Below, piece by piece: positions 1-9,340 of a stretch of DNA of 64,000 bases. Below the pieces are notes generated by a model, which searched no databases, had not been told where the DNA came from, and saw only the letters and a program-made list of their open reading frames with translations. The position numbers were made by a program, and so were the translations under genes. The number at the start of each line of letters is the position of its first letter. Position 1 is the stretch's first letter. The stretch is from Rhodothermales bacterium (GTDB lineage: Bacteria; Bacteroidota; Rhodothermia; Rhodothermales; VXPQ01). The DNA lies in the NCBI GenBank assembly GCA_040904565.1, contig JBBDTI010000030.1, positions 59,772 to 123,771 of the forward strand, in the 5' to 3' direction.

Positions 1-303
1 GGTGGCGACTGCAAGCGGATCGCCTTCGATGGTCATGCGACCGCCCACGACGGCGGCCAGGTGTACGATCAGATCGAATTCGGGCGACGCTTCTCTGGCG
101 TACTCACGAAAATCGCATTGGTGAAAGGTCATGTGTCGCGCTTGCCTGTCGGAAAGTGCACTTGGAGCGCGCCATGCGCGGGGGGGGAGTCCGGTGGACA
201 GATCGTCGACGATCGTGACATGGTAGCCGCGCTCGATAAGTTGTTTGACGTACCGTCGACCGACGAATCCGCAGCCGCCCGTGACTAGAGCTTTCTTCTT
301 CAT
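1..303 (-). CDS. NAD-dependent epimerase/dehydratase (5' part; runs off window)
   Basis: Manual translation MKKKALVTGGCGFVGRRYVKQLIERGYHVTIVDDLSTG...HLAAVVGG has a GxxGxxG Rossmann motif. ATG overlaps the upstream stop (ATGA). Alternative ATG at 309. Not in the ORF track. Confidence 0.9.
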   Translation of the reverse strand, partial: MKKKALVTGGCGFVGRRYVKQLIERGYHVTIVDDLSTGLPPRAWRAPSALSDRQARHMTFHQCDFREYAREASPEFDLIVHLAAVVGGRMTIEGDPLAVAT

Positions 304-1073
304 TTCCATGTGAGCTTCGTTTTAAGGTTTTGAAGGATGGCCGTGTGGAGCACGGCCCAGATGAAGGGACTGTCTTCGATGAGGTAGCGCCTCCCCAGGC
401 GACGAGGATCGAGCATCATGCGATGAAACCACTCGAAGCCGTAGTCGCGCATCCAGCGGGGTGCTCTACGCTGATCGCCGCAGATGATGTCGAATGCGGA
501 GCCTATTCCGATTCCTACATTTGCGCCGCAGTCGGCCAGGTATGACCGAATCCAACGCTCCTGGCGGGGTGCACCCAGCGCTGCCAGCACGATCTTTGCG
601 CCTCGTTTCTTGATTTCTCCGGCCAGCTTGACGCTGTCGTCCGGTTCCAGTGGAAACGGCGTTGGAAGCGCGTGAATCACGGCACCCGGATACCGCTTCC
701 GAAGAGCCTGCGCAGCACGATCGGCTACGCCGGGCGCCGCTCCGATCAGTGCTACGGAACAGCCCGTTTCGGCGGAAATGCGTCCGCAGCTCCAGACGAG
801 CTCCGTTCCGCTTACGCGGCCGCGAATGGGCGAGTCGAGCAGTGCGGCCGACCAGACTATAGGGACGCCGTCGGCAATCGCCAGATCGGATGCCCATAGA
901 TCCGCTTCGAATGCCGGATCACGCCGCGCTTTCATCGCCATGTCGACGTTGATCACGGCAATGTGGAGCCGCTGGTCCGACACGACGGCGCGGCGCATTG
1001 CTTCGACTGTGTCATCGAAGGAAACTGAATCGACGGGACACCCGAGGATGTCCATGCGTGCTACTTGATCCAT
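300..1073 (-). CDS. WecB/TagA/CpsF family glycosyltransferase (GT26)
   Basis: Motifs IADGVPIVW, RVSGTEL, ALGAPRQERW, GIGSAFD, RAPRWM..GFEWFHR..DPRRLGRRY. Confidence 0.92.
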   Translation of the reverse strand: MDQVARMDILGCPVDSVSFDDTVEAMRRAVVSDQRLHIAVINVDMAMKARRDPAFEADLWASDLAIADGVPIVWSAALLDSPIRGRVSGTELVWSCGRISAETGCSVALIGAAPGVADRAAQALRKRYPGAVIHALPTPFPLEPDDSVKLAGEIKKRGAKIVLAALGAPRQERWIRSYLADCGANVGIGIGSAFDIICGDQRRAPRWMRDYGFEWFHRMMLDPRRLGRRYLIEDSPFIWAVLHTAILQNLKTKLTWK

Positions 1074-1240
1074 GAAAATCTCGGGATCGGAGATCCATTG
1101 ATGAATGGAATGAACAGGCTACCTTTCCCTCGTTACAGTGGGCTCCCGGTACGGAATCGGCCATCGGGCGACACACCGGCGTAGCCTCGAAGATGCGGCT
1201 GTAGAGGAGGTGGGGCCGAACGGGCCCATCAACGCAACCA

Positions 1241-2263
1241 TCAGAGCGCGCGCTCCAGACTCCGGACGCTGCGTGTGACCTCCATATTCCAGCGATTCCG
1301 CTCGTGCGAGAGGTCTATAGAGCGACCGCACGCCGTCCGAATGCCTCGCGCGACGGATTCCGGTGTGTTCTCGACGAGCATGGCCCATTGTCCGAAGAGG
1401 GTCTCGGACAGGGCGTCGCGCGTTACGACCAGCGGCGTATCGGACGACAGTGCTTCACATGCGCCTGATTGCTGCGTTGCGTCTTTCGTCGTGAGCGCCA
1501 CGGCGGCCGCGCTGGAACATAGCACGGCGTGGTACGCTTCCTCACTCAGATAGCCTGTCAACAAGAGATTGGGACAGGAGCGCAGTCGCTGCTGATCTCG
1601 GCGGGACAGTTTGCGTACGTCGGCTGTTAGCACGAACTGATATTCGGGCATTGACTCGACCACGCGGACGATCACGTCCTGCGGCTCGTCGGGATCGAAC
1701 GAGCAGATGAAAAGTACCTGCCGCGGATGGCGTGACGTGTTGACAGTGATTCGGTCTATCGGGTCCGCAATAACATGAAAAGAGATATCGGGATACACTC
1801 CCTGGGCGATTTTTAGTATCTCTCCATTGTGGACGATTACCAGCTTTGCGCGATGCAGGATGAATCCAACGAACGGGAGCCTTCCCCAGAGTGATTGGAA
1901 GAGGGCGTTATGAGCGTCCACGACGTAGGGCACGTTCCATAGCAGTGCGGGCAGGGCGGTGAAATGCGGGGGTACCTGAAAGAAGACGCAGTCTGCCTTG
2001 CGGCGACGGATGAGTCGAATCGTCGTCCAGAACTTGGCGAGATAGTCGAGCGGCCTGAGGAGGCGAAACCGTGTAAGGTGCGGGAGCAGGATCAGATCCG
2101 CACGTAGACGTGGGGCGAGCACTTCCGCTCGTCGCTGATAGCCTCTCCAAACGACGTAGAGGGCCCTCGAATAGGGACGCGCCTCGCCGCTGCCGTTTTC
2201 GCCATTCACGGCGTGGGCGACGTGCTCGGTCGTGTCCGATACATCGATGTTCGTGGCTCTCAT
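1241..2263 (-). CDS. GT-B fold glycosyltransferase (GT4-like)
   Basis: VVDAHNA, SFDPDEP, TGYLSEEAY, GACEALSSDTPLV; glycan-locus context. Confidence 0.8.
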   Translation of the reverse strand: MRATNIDVSDTTEHVAHAVNGENGSGEARPYSRALYVVWRGYQRRAEVLAPRLRADLILLPHLTRFRLLRPLDYLAKFWTTIRLIRRRKADCVFFQVPPHFTALPALLWNVPYVVDAHNALFQSLWGRLPFVGFILHRAKLVIVHNGEILKIAQGVYPDISFHVIADPIDRITVNTSRHPRQVLFICSFDPDEPQDVIVRVVESMPEYQFVLTADVRKLSRRDQQRLRSCPNLLLTGYLSEEAYHAVLCSSAAAVALTTKDATQQSGACEALSSDTPLVVTRDALSETLFGQWAMLVENTPESVARGIRTACGRSIDLSHERNRWNMEVTRSVRSLERAL

Positions 2264-3135
2264 CAGGTCCCTCTAACGTGGCATCGACGCAGAAAGTGGA
2301 CGGATACGCGAAGGAGATCGCACACGAAAAACGAAACAAATTGCAACGGGGAGATGGCCGTTTTTAGCGCGAAATAGAAGCGGAACTTGATCCAGCCGGA
2401 CGAACGGAAATCGAAAAAGTAGTGCCGGAAATCTCTAAGGCGGTAGTGCGCCTCCTGCTCGGATCCATGGGTTAGATTGACGTGACTCATCACCCTGGCT
2501 CCGTAGTACACGAGCAATCGATAGCCTTGGCGACTGGCGCGAACGGGAAACTCTGTATCCCCCCGGTGTCGAAAATGTACGTCGTCGTACAGTCCCACCT
2601 TCCTGAAGACGGATACCGGAATCAGCGTCCCCCGTCCCGTCAGCTGCGAGACCTCGAAATACGCAGAGTCCGGAAATGACGAAAGGGAACGCCCCTGGTT
2701 CATGACCCGGTGCTTGGCGGTAATCCAGTTCGTCAGCCGCCCCCCATCCCAGACCGTGTCGGGTTTTTCTATGTCGACGACCACCGACCCGATCAGCGCA
2801 TCCGGATGCCGGCGTGCAAAGTCGGTCAGTCGCTGTACGTAGGACGGCTCGATTTCCAGGTCGTCGTTGATGATCAGGACGTAATCGTCATCCTCTGCCT
2901 CCGTCAGCAGGTGATTCAGCCCCAGGTTTGTTCCGCCCGACCACCACAGGCTGCCATCGCCCGTCAGCAGCGTCACTTCAGGATACTCCTTCCTGATCAT
3001 ATCGGACGTTCCATCGGTTGAGCCGTCATCTACGATCACGACCCGTATGCCTTCAAACGTCTGCTTGCGCATGCATTCGAGAAATGTTCGCGTAATCGGT
3101 CGGCGATTATGAACCGGTGTAATCGTGTATACCAT
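2263..3135 (-). CDS. GT2 family glycosyltransferase
   Basis: TPVHNRR, VIVDDGSTDGT, LWWSGGTNLGL, INDD. Start placed at MVYTITP (ORF track extends to 3198). Confidence 0.9.
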   Translation of the reverse strand: MVYTITPVHNRRPITRTFLECMRKQTFEGIRVVIVDDGSTDGTSDMIRKEYPEVTLLTGDGSLWWSGGTNLGLNHLLTEAEDDDYVLIINDDLEIEPSYVQRLTDFARRHPDALIGSVVVDIEKPDTVWDGGRLTNWITAKHRVMNQGRSLSSFPDSAYFEVSQLTGRGTLIPVSVFRKVGLYDDVHFRHRGDTEFPVRASRQGYRLLVYYGARVMSHVNLTHGSEQEAHYRLRDFRHYFFDFRSSGWIKFRFYFALKTAISPLQFVSFFVCDLLRVSVHFLRRCHVRGT

Positions 3136-3281
3136 TGCTACATCTAGGAGTCTGTTGAATTCCACGGTCGTAAAGGGCCGGCCGAGAGTGAGATGCATTC
3201 ATGCATGCAGCAGTGATCGGCGCGACGCGAGCCCGAATGACGAGCGCAGCGAGCAAATGCAACGCAGAGTTTCAGGAATTA

Positions 3282-4067
3282 TCAACGACCCGAGGAAACG
3301 TATTCTGCGAACGGCGTCTTTGCCAAAAACGACTGCACGTCGTCGTAATTGATAAGTAAATCTAAAGACGACTTTGGGGTGAGTTTTTTGTATTCACATT
3401 GGACGCTATTCGAACTAATTCCAATATGTTCGCATATTCTGTCAACGGTGGCCTGGTGACTGGTGTCGTCTTCCAGGTCGTCTTCGTACGTAACGGAGAT
3501 ATGCGGGATGTCGGCTAGAATGTGGCGTTCATATGCTTCGAGAGATGCACTTCCTTTCATCCATCGCAGAATCTCTCGAGGATCGACCTTCATGCGATGG
3601 TGCTGCAACGCGCCCTGTTGAACGTTGTGATGGAAGTTAAACTGGCGTGCATGCACGTTCGAGAGGGCGTGGCGGAATAGATTGTTGCGTTTAAGGTAAA
3701 TGATCTGGTAGCCTCCCTCGTGCAAACTCGAGAGGAAGGCGCTTCCTGACGGTACGTTCTGCACGTCGCCGAGCTGGTAGCTCAATATCTTGCAGCCATA
3801 GCTCCTGGCGGCCGCTCTGGCGCACATGGCGTCGACGTGCAGCCGGGGGAACGCAACGGGATGCCGTAGAATCTCCCCATCGCAATGGACTCCGTCGACC
3901 TGGTGGAGGAGGTTCACGAGAGCCGTACTTCCTGACCGACCGCGCCCGAAGATTACGAAGCGCGTCGGACTGAGCGCGGGCCCTGCGGCAGCGTACCAGG
4001 TCGCCAGCGCCAGATGATAGGCGTAGTAGGCGCTTCCGCGAACCCGGTCTGTGTACGTGATCTTCAT
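3282..4067 (-). CDS. Sulfotransferase (Stf0-like)
   Basis: FVIFGRGRSGSTAL 5'-phosphosulfate loop, IIYLKRNNLFRHALS 3'-phosphate motif, VTYEDDL. Confidence 0.8.
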   Translation of the reverse strand: MKITYTDRVRGSAYYAYHLALATWYAAAGPALSPTRFVIFGRGRSGSTALVNLLHQVDGVHCDGEILRHPVAFPRLHVDAMCARAAARSYGCKILSYQLGDVQNVPSGSAFLSSLHEGGYQIIYLKRNNLFRHALSNVHARQFNFHHNVQQGALQHHRMKVDPREILRWMKGSASLEAYERHILADIPHISVTYEDDLEDDTSHQATVDRICEHIGISSNSVQCEYKKLTPKSSLDLLINYDDVQSFLAKTPFAEYVSSGR

Positions 4068-4107
4068 TCCGGATCGCCTGCGGCCATCGGGCGGCTAAAT
4101 GTGGGCG

Positions 4108-4881
4108 TCATTGCTGGAGGGCGACGGAATCATAGGTTTTGGGATTGACGCGCTCCTTTCGGAAGGCCCCGAATCGCCAGTAGAGCATCTTGGCCGCATA
4201 GACGGCATAAAACTGTGCCCACTGGGCAGGCGTGACGTCCGGCGTGTCCCATTCATCCGGAAACGTGTAGCCCAGATATTTCATGACTGGACCAAATACA
4301 CGGAAGGCCTGAGGCCGAATAGAGAGGTCGTACAGCGCGAGATGATCCCGTGCTGGCTTCGCCGTCGGGTTGATGACGGGCAGCGGTCTGACCTGCTGTA
4401 AATCGAGTCGCTGAAGCAGCCGGGAGAAGTCCGCCTGCAGGTCTTCGAATCGGATGACAAAGTCCGATTGCCTACGGGCGAGCACGGAGCGGTTGACGTA
4501 AGGGCGATGGTAATAGGTGCGAAAATAGGACGCGAAATCGGCATCGTTTCGCTGGATGAACGCGTACTGGCGAACCCTCTGTTCGGTGACCCAACCGCCC
4601 TGTTTGCGGTGCGCGGACGGATCCGTCATCTCGCCTCTGTGATTACTCTTCAACTTGAAATATTCCGTAACGACATCATCCATGGGACTCCGAATGCCCG
4701 CGAAAATGAAATAGCGGCCGGCTTCTTCGCGTCCCGCCCATTCGACGAAATGTTGATAGGTCGCATGTTTGAATAGAACGCCCTCGCCGCCGTAGAACTG
4801 CCTGAGCTCATTTGCGATGGCGGTGCAGGCGGTTCTGGGGTTCTCGACGAAGACGTATTTGTGCTCCGGGCTTATGATCAT
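4108..4881 (-). CDS. Sulfotransferase family 2 protein
   Basis: MIISPEHKYVFVENPRTACTAI, IRSPMDDVVTEY, FVIRFEDLQADF. Confidence 0.78.
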   Translation of the reverse strand: MIISPEHKYVFVENPRTACTAIANELRQFYGGEGVLFKHATYQHFVEWAGREEAGRYFIFAGIRSPMDDVVTEYFKLKSNHRGEMTDPSAHRKQGGWVTEQRVRQYAFIQRNDADFASYFRTYYHRPYVNRSVLARRQSDFVIRFEDLQADFSRLLQRLDLQQVRPLPVINPTAKPARDHLALYDLSIRPQAFRVFGPVMKYLGYTFPDEWDTPDVTPAQWAQFYAVYAAKMLYWRFGAFRKERVNPKTYDSVALQQ

Positions 4882-4959
4882 GGCACTGGAATGGGTGTCG
4901 ATCGTTCTCGGTTGGCTTGCGCCGAAGGGTTTTCTGTCTGTCGTAGCATCCCGCGTGCA

Positions 4960-6267
4960 TCACGGAAACGGATGAATCACCGTCCTGTCTACCGACGCAT
5001 CCCGGGCCGGGAGGTCTGTTTCGTAAGACGCCGAATCCGTATTCTCGAATCCTGCCGGCGCCCGCACATCAGTCCGCGGCATCGTTTCGCGATCGCTCAG
5101 GACAAGGCGGAGAAGATCGTACACGCCGGCAGCGTAGCGCTCGATGGTGAAGAGGTCGCGTGCCCGCTGCGCGCCACGCCGGCCCAGTGACCGTGCCCAT
5201 TCCGGATCGTCGAGAAACTGTGTCATGGATGCAGACAGCGTTTCGTGCTCACCATCATACAGCAGGCCCGTCTCGCCATGTCGTATCAGCTCGGCCGTGC
5301 CGGCGCCGCGAAATCCGATAACGGGGCGGTACGACGCCATCGCCTCTGCCGTGACCCGGCCCATCGCTTCGTTTCGTGAGCACATCAAGACGGCATTCGC
5401 ATGCCGATAGACGTCGTAGACGTCGTCGGTGAAGCCGTGGAAATGGACGTGCGCTCCAAGATTCAGCCGGTGGACTAGGTCCTCAAGTCTCTTGCGATAG
5501 TCCGCGGATCCGGAGCCGGCGAGCACCAGCTTGACGTTTCGCCCAGCCCGAATCAGCTCGTGGAGTGCCTCTATCGCCGTTTGCTGCCCCTTGGCAGGGT
5601 GAAGTAGACCGACGAGAGCAAACGTGTACGGTGCATCCGACGGATGCCGGACCGGTTCGGGTCGAAGCTTTTCCAGATCCGCCGCCCACCCGATGCCGCT
5701 GTATACGACCTTCATGCGAGGTGACGCAGTCAAGTGGTAGTATCGTCGAACCGCCTCCGATACCGCAACGATGCCTTCCGCCCGGTTGATGAGCCAGGTC
5801 TGAGCGGTCCGTCCGAAATCCGGGACGAAGGCGTAATCGAGATCGCCAAACTCGCGGAGATGCCAGACGTGCGGCAATCTCAGGAAGCCTGCCGCGATCG
5901 CACCGCTGAGCAAGAGACTGGAATTTGAATAGACGATGTCCGATCGCCACGCTCGAAGCTGTCGGACCACGGCGGGCGCGGCGGCGACGTTCGTCCGGAA
6001 CTGGCAGAACCCGTTCCTCCCTCTATGCATCATACGCCGGGCCGTGGGCATTCGACCATAGCCTTTGGGCAAGCGAGATGCCCAGCGTCCGAGATGAAGT
6101 ACGCGGACAGGCGTGCCACGCCGAACGAGTTCCTCGACCAGCGGGCCTTCTGCGGAGACGAGAACAGACGACTCGACCCCGTAATTCCGCAACCCGTCGA
6201 TCAAGTCCAGCAGCGAACGATTCGCACCGTAGAGCTGGGGATAATGTGTCAGGAAGGTGACCCGCAT
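4960..6267 (-). CDS. GT4 family glycosyltransferase
   Basis: YGANRSL, HVWHLRE, GLLHPAKGQ, EAMGRVTAEAMA (EX7E), ELIRHGETGLL. Start placed at MRVTFLTH (track: 6375). Confidence 0.92.
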   Translation of the reverse strand: MRVTFLTHYPQLYGANRSLLDLIDGLRNYGVESSVLVSAEGPLVEELVRRGTPVRVLHLGRWASRLPKGYGRMPTARRMMHRGRNGFCQFRTNVAAAPAVVRQLRAWRSDIVYSNSSLLLSGAIAAGFLRLPHVWHLREFGDLDYAFVPDFGRTAQTWLINRAEGIVAVSEAVRRYYHLTASPRMKVVYSGIGWAADLEKLRPEPVRHPSDAPYTFALVGLLHPAKGQQTAIEALHELIRAGRNVKLVLAGSGSADYRKRLEDLVHRLNLGAHVHFHGFTDDVYDVYRHANAVLMCSRNEAMGRVTAEAMASYRPVIGFRGAGTAELIRHGETGLLYDGEHETLSASMTQFLDDPEWARSLGRRGAQRARDLFTIERYAAGVYDLLRLVLSDRETMPRTDVRAPAGFENTDSASYETDLPARDASVDRTVIHPFP

Positions 6268-6504
6268 CGCGGCGCCATGTTGAACGGGAGAAAAGCGCGA
6301 AGCCCAATTTCTCGTAATTCGTTCCGTTTGACCCGTGCGCGGAAGCACACGTCCATCGACGCCCTCCGAAGACATTCCGCAATTGCCGTTCAGTGTGATG
6401 AATGTTTACGCGAGGCGCTGGAATGCCCGGACACCGGCCTCCCCTTCCTCCGCCACTGATTCCAATGCACCGGGGGCGGCTTGCGACGAGATGACGAACT
6501 GAAG

Positions 6505-7338
6505 ATGACCTTGATTTTTCAACACATTCCAAAAGCTGCCGGCAGCACGCTACTATCCATTCTCAGACGACATTTTTCTCCCTCGGAGACCTGCTTCCTG
6601 ACGGGACCCGGTGGGATTCGGGAAGCCGAATTCGAACGGCTTCCGCTAAAAGAGCGGGAGGGATTTCGGCTCGTCATGGGGCATATGTATTTCGGCATTC
6701 ATCGGCATCTGCCCGGTCCGTCCACCTACATCACGATGCTGCGGCACCCGGTCGATCGGGTCATCTCGCACTACCATTACGTAAAGAGAACGCCTCACCA
6801 CTATCTATACGGACGCGTTGCCTCCGAAAAGATGTCGCTCGAGGGATACGTCTCGGATGGGATCGCACTCGAACTGAACAACGGTCAGGTTCGAAGTCTT
6901 TTTGGGCTGGAGCATCAGCTGGTGGAATACGGCCAGTGCTCGGACGAGATGCTTCGGGTGGCCGAACGGCACCTCCTGGAGAACTACTCCGTGGTGGGTC
7001 TGACGGAACGGTTCGATGAAAGTCTATTGCTGATGCGACGGCGGCTCGGGTGGACGTTTCGTCCCGTATACGCCGCAAAAAATGTTGCAAGGAAGAACGC
7101 CGGCGCCTCCAATGTTTCGAGAAGAATCGTCGAGATCATTGAGAGGGACAACGCGCTTGATCTGGAACTCTACGAGCGCGTAGCGAAGTCCTTTTCGAGG
7201 GAGGTGGAGCAAACGGACGTGTGCAGCGAACTCAGATCGTTTCGCCTTCTCAACGGCATATACGGACGCTACGTCAAGGTCAGGAAGATGACTCGCACCG
7301 TGGCCCGGACTTCCCGAAGCGCATTTGAGATCGGGTAA
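6505..7338 (+). CDS. Sulfotransferase family 2 protein (paralog 1)
   Basis: FQHIPKAAGSTL, YITMLRHPVDRVISHY, VVGLTERFDESL. Alternative TTG start at 6481. Confidence 0.88.
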   Translation: MTLIFQHIPKAAGSTLLSILRRHFSPSETCFLTGPGGIREAEFERLPLKEREGFRLVMGHMYFGIHRHLPGPSTYITMLRHPVDRVISHYHYVKRTPHHYLYGRVASEKMSLEGYVSDGIALELNNGQVRSLFGLEHQLVEYGQCSDEMLRVAERHLLENYSVVGLTERFDESLLLMRRRLGWTFRPVYAAKNVARKNAGASNVSRRIVEIIERDNALDLELYERVAKSFSREVEQTDVCSELRSFRLLNGIYGRYVKVRKMTRTVARTSRSAFEIG

Positions 7339-7434
7339 TTCCGTCTTTCTCACCTTTCGCTACGACCTTTACTATGCTTGCGCGGACGGCACGTTGCCGA
7401 AACGTCCGCAATCCGTTTTCTACTGGTCATATAG

Positions 7435-8487
7435 GTGAAGCGTTTGGCGGAACATAGAGAATCTGAATGGAACGGTTCGTCCGCACCGGCAGCTGACGAT
7501 CAGCCGGCCTCGAAGGATGCGACGATCATCTTCCACCATATACCCAAGACCGCAGGAAGTACCCTCGAATCGATTCTGGAACGTCGCTATGCGTTTCGCG
7601 AGATCTTCGACGTTGACAGAAGCCGCGACGTGCACGAGAGGCTCCTGGGATCCGTGCCTGACGAGACCCGTGCTGGTATTCGACTCATCAAGGGACATAT
7701 GGATTTTGGCGTCCATCGCTTCATCGCCAATCCGTACGCCTATATCACCATACTTCGGCACCCCGTCGAGCGCGTGATCTCACACTACTACTACGTCATG
7801 CGTACGGCCGGACATCGGCTCCACTACGACGTTGCATTCACGGGCATGAGCCTGGAGCAATACATCACCAGTGGGATCACGCTCGAGCTGAATAACGGTC
7901 AGGTTCGAAGTCTCGTCGGGCCCGAACATCTTGGCGTCGAGTATGGCCGATGTACGAGGGAGATGCTCGGCACGGCGCAGCGGAATCTGACGAGGCACTT
8001 CTCTGTCGTGGGTCTGACGGAGCGCTTCGACGAGACGCTCTTGCTGCTCAGGAGGAGACTGGGATGGTCGGCTTGGCCATTTTATCGACCAAAAAACGTC
8101 TCGAAAGCCCGGCCGCTTGCGGCAAGCATCCCTCGGGAGGTAATTCGGTTGATTGAAGCGCATAATGAACTCGATCTGGAGTTGTATGAAGCCGCTCAAG
8201 CAGCTTTTACGGAGACGATCGCCGGGCTTGAGCTGAGTGAGGAACTCGCGCGCTTCCGACGCTGGAACCGGGTCTTGGGCCCGTGCAGTGCGACGTTCGA
8301 TGCGTTTCGGACGATTCGTCGTCGGCTCGTGTCGGACGATGAGGGAGCGCTATCGCTGGTGCGCCCCGGTTACGCTGCCCAATCGGTGGGTTCGTCGGGC
8401 GATTCCAGTCAGCGCCGTCATTCGGATCCGCGCGCACTCGCGCTGCGGCCCTCGTCGAGCGTGGAGGCCACAAATGGGAAAACCTGA
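7435..8487 (+). CDS. Sulfotransferase family 2 protein (paralog 2)
   Basis: FHHIPKTAGSTL, YITILRHPVERVISHY, VVGLTERFDETL. Confidence 0.88.
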   Translation: MKRLAEHRESEWNGSSAPAADDQPASKDATIIFHHIPKTAGSTLESILERRYAFREIFDVDRSRDVHERLLGSVPDETRAGIRLIKGHMDFGVHRFIANPYAYITILRHPVERVISHYYYVMRTAGHRLHYDVAFTGMSLEQYITSGITLELNNGQVRSLVGPEHLGVEYGRCTREMLGTAQRNLTRHFSVVGLTERFDETLLLLRRRLGWSAWPFYRPKNVSKARPLAASIPREVIRLIEAHNELDLELYEAAQAAFTETIAGLELSEELARFRRWNRVLGPCSATFDAFRTIRRRLVSDDEGALSLVRPGYAAQSVGSSGDSSQRRHSDPRALALRPSSSVEATNGKT

Positions 8488-9340
8488 GCCGAGGGATATG
8501 ACCGCTATCTTTCTACATGTCCCCAAATCGGCCGGCAGTACGCTGCACACGGTACTCGAGCGCATGTATCCGTCCGATGCCGTGTATGACATCCCGGGCC
8601 CGATGTCGGCCCGCGAAACGACGTTCAGTCAGCTCTCCCCGGAGGAGCACGCCCGCATCAGGCTCGTTAAGGGGCACATTCTCTTTGGCATTCATCGGTG
8701 TACGCCGAACCCCTTCACCTACATTACCGTGCTCCGACATCCCGTCGAGCGCGTCATTTCCCATTACTACTTCGTCAAACGCCGTCCGCACCACCGGTTG
8801 CACGACACGATAGCTTCTTCAAACATGAGCCTGGAGGAGTATGTCCTGGGTGGAACGGCCCTCGAGCTTGACAACGGACAGGTTCGGGCGATCTACGGCT
8901 CAGATCATCTGAAGGTGGGATATGGCGACTGCACGGATCACATGCTGGAATCGGCACTCGACAATCTCGAGTCCTACTTCTCCGTGGTCGGCATCGCGGA
9001 GCGGTTCGATGAGACGCTTCTACTGATGGCACGCAGGCTGAATTGGAATCGTCGCCCGCTGTACGTGCGCCGCAACGTCACGAAGAATAGACCTGCCCTG
9101 GAGGCGGTCTCACCACGAGTTCTGCGGGAAATCGAAGCGGCAAACGCCCTCGATCTCGCCCTGTATGAACGTTCTGTACAGCGCTTTGACGAGGCCTCGA
9201 AGCGGCACGACGTGCCGTCAGATCTCGATCGATTCAGGCAGTGGAACGAGCTGTACGGCCGATGTGCGGCACCGATATCAGCTCTTCAGTTCCGGCTTCT
9301 TAACATCAAACATCGGCGAAGAGTACCGACACATGTCTGA
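8474..9340 (+). CDS. Sulfotransferase family 2 protein (paralog 3)
   Basis: FLHVPKSAGSTL, YITVLRHPVERVISHY, VVGIAERFDETL. ATG 8474 follows a GGAGG Shine-Dalgarno. Confidence 0.88.
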   Translation: MGKPEPRDMTAIFLHVPKSAGSTLHTVLERMYPSDAVYDIPGPMSARETTFSQLSPEEHARIRLVKGHILFGIHRCTPNPFTYITVLRHPVERVISHYYFVKRRPHHRLHDTIASSNMSLEEYVLGGTALELDNGQVRAIYGSDHLKVGYGDCTDHMLESALDNLESYFSVVGIAERFDETLLLMARRLNWNRRPLYVRRNVTKNRPALEAVSPRVLREIEAANALDLALYERSVQRFDEASKRHDVPSDLDRFRQWNELYGRCAAPISALQFRLLNIKHRRRVPTHV

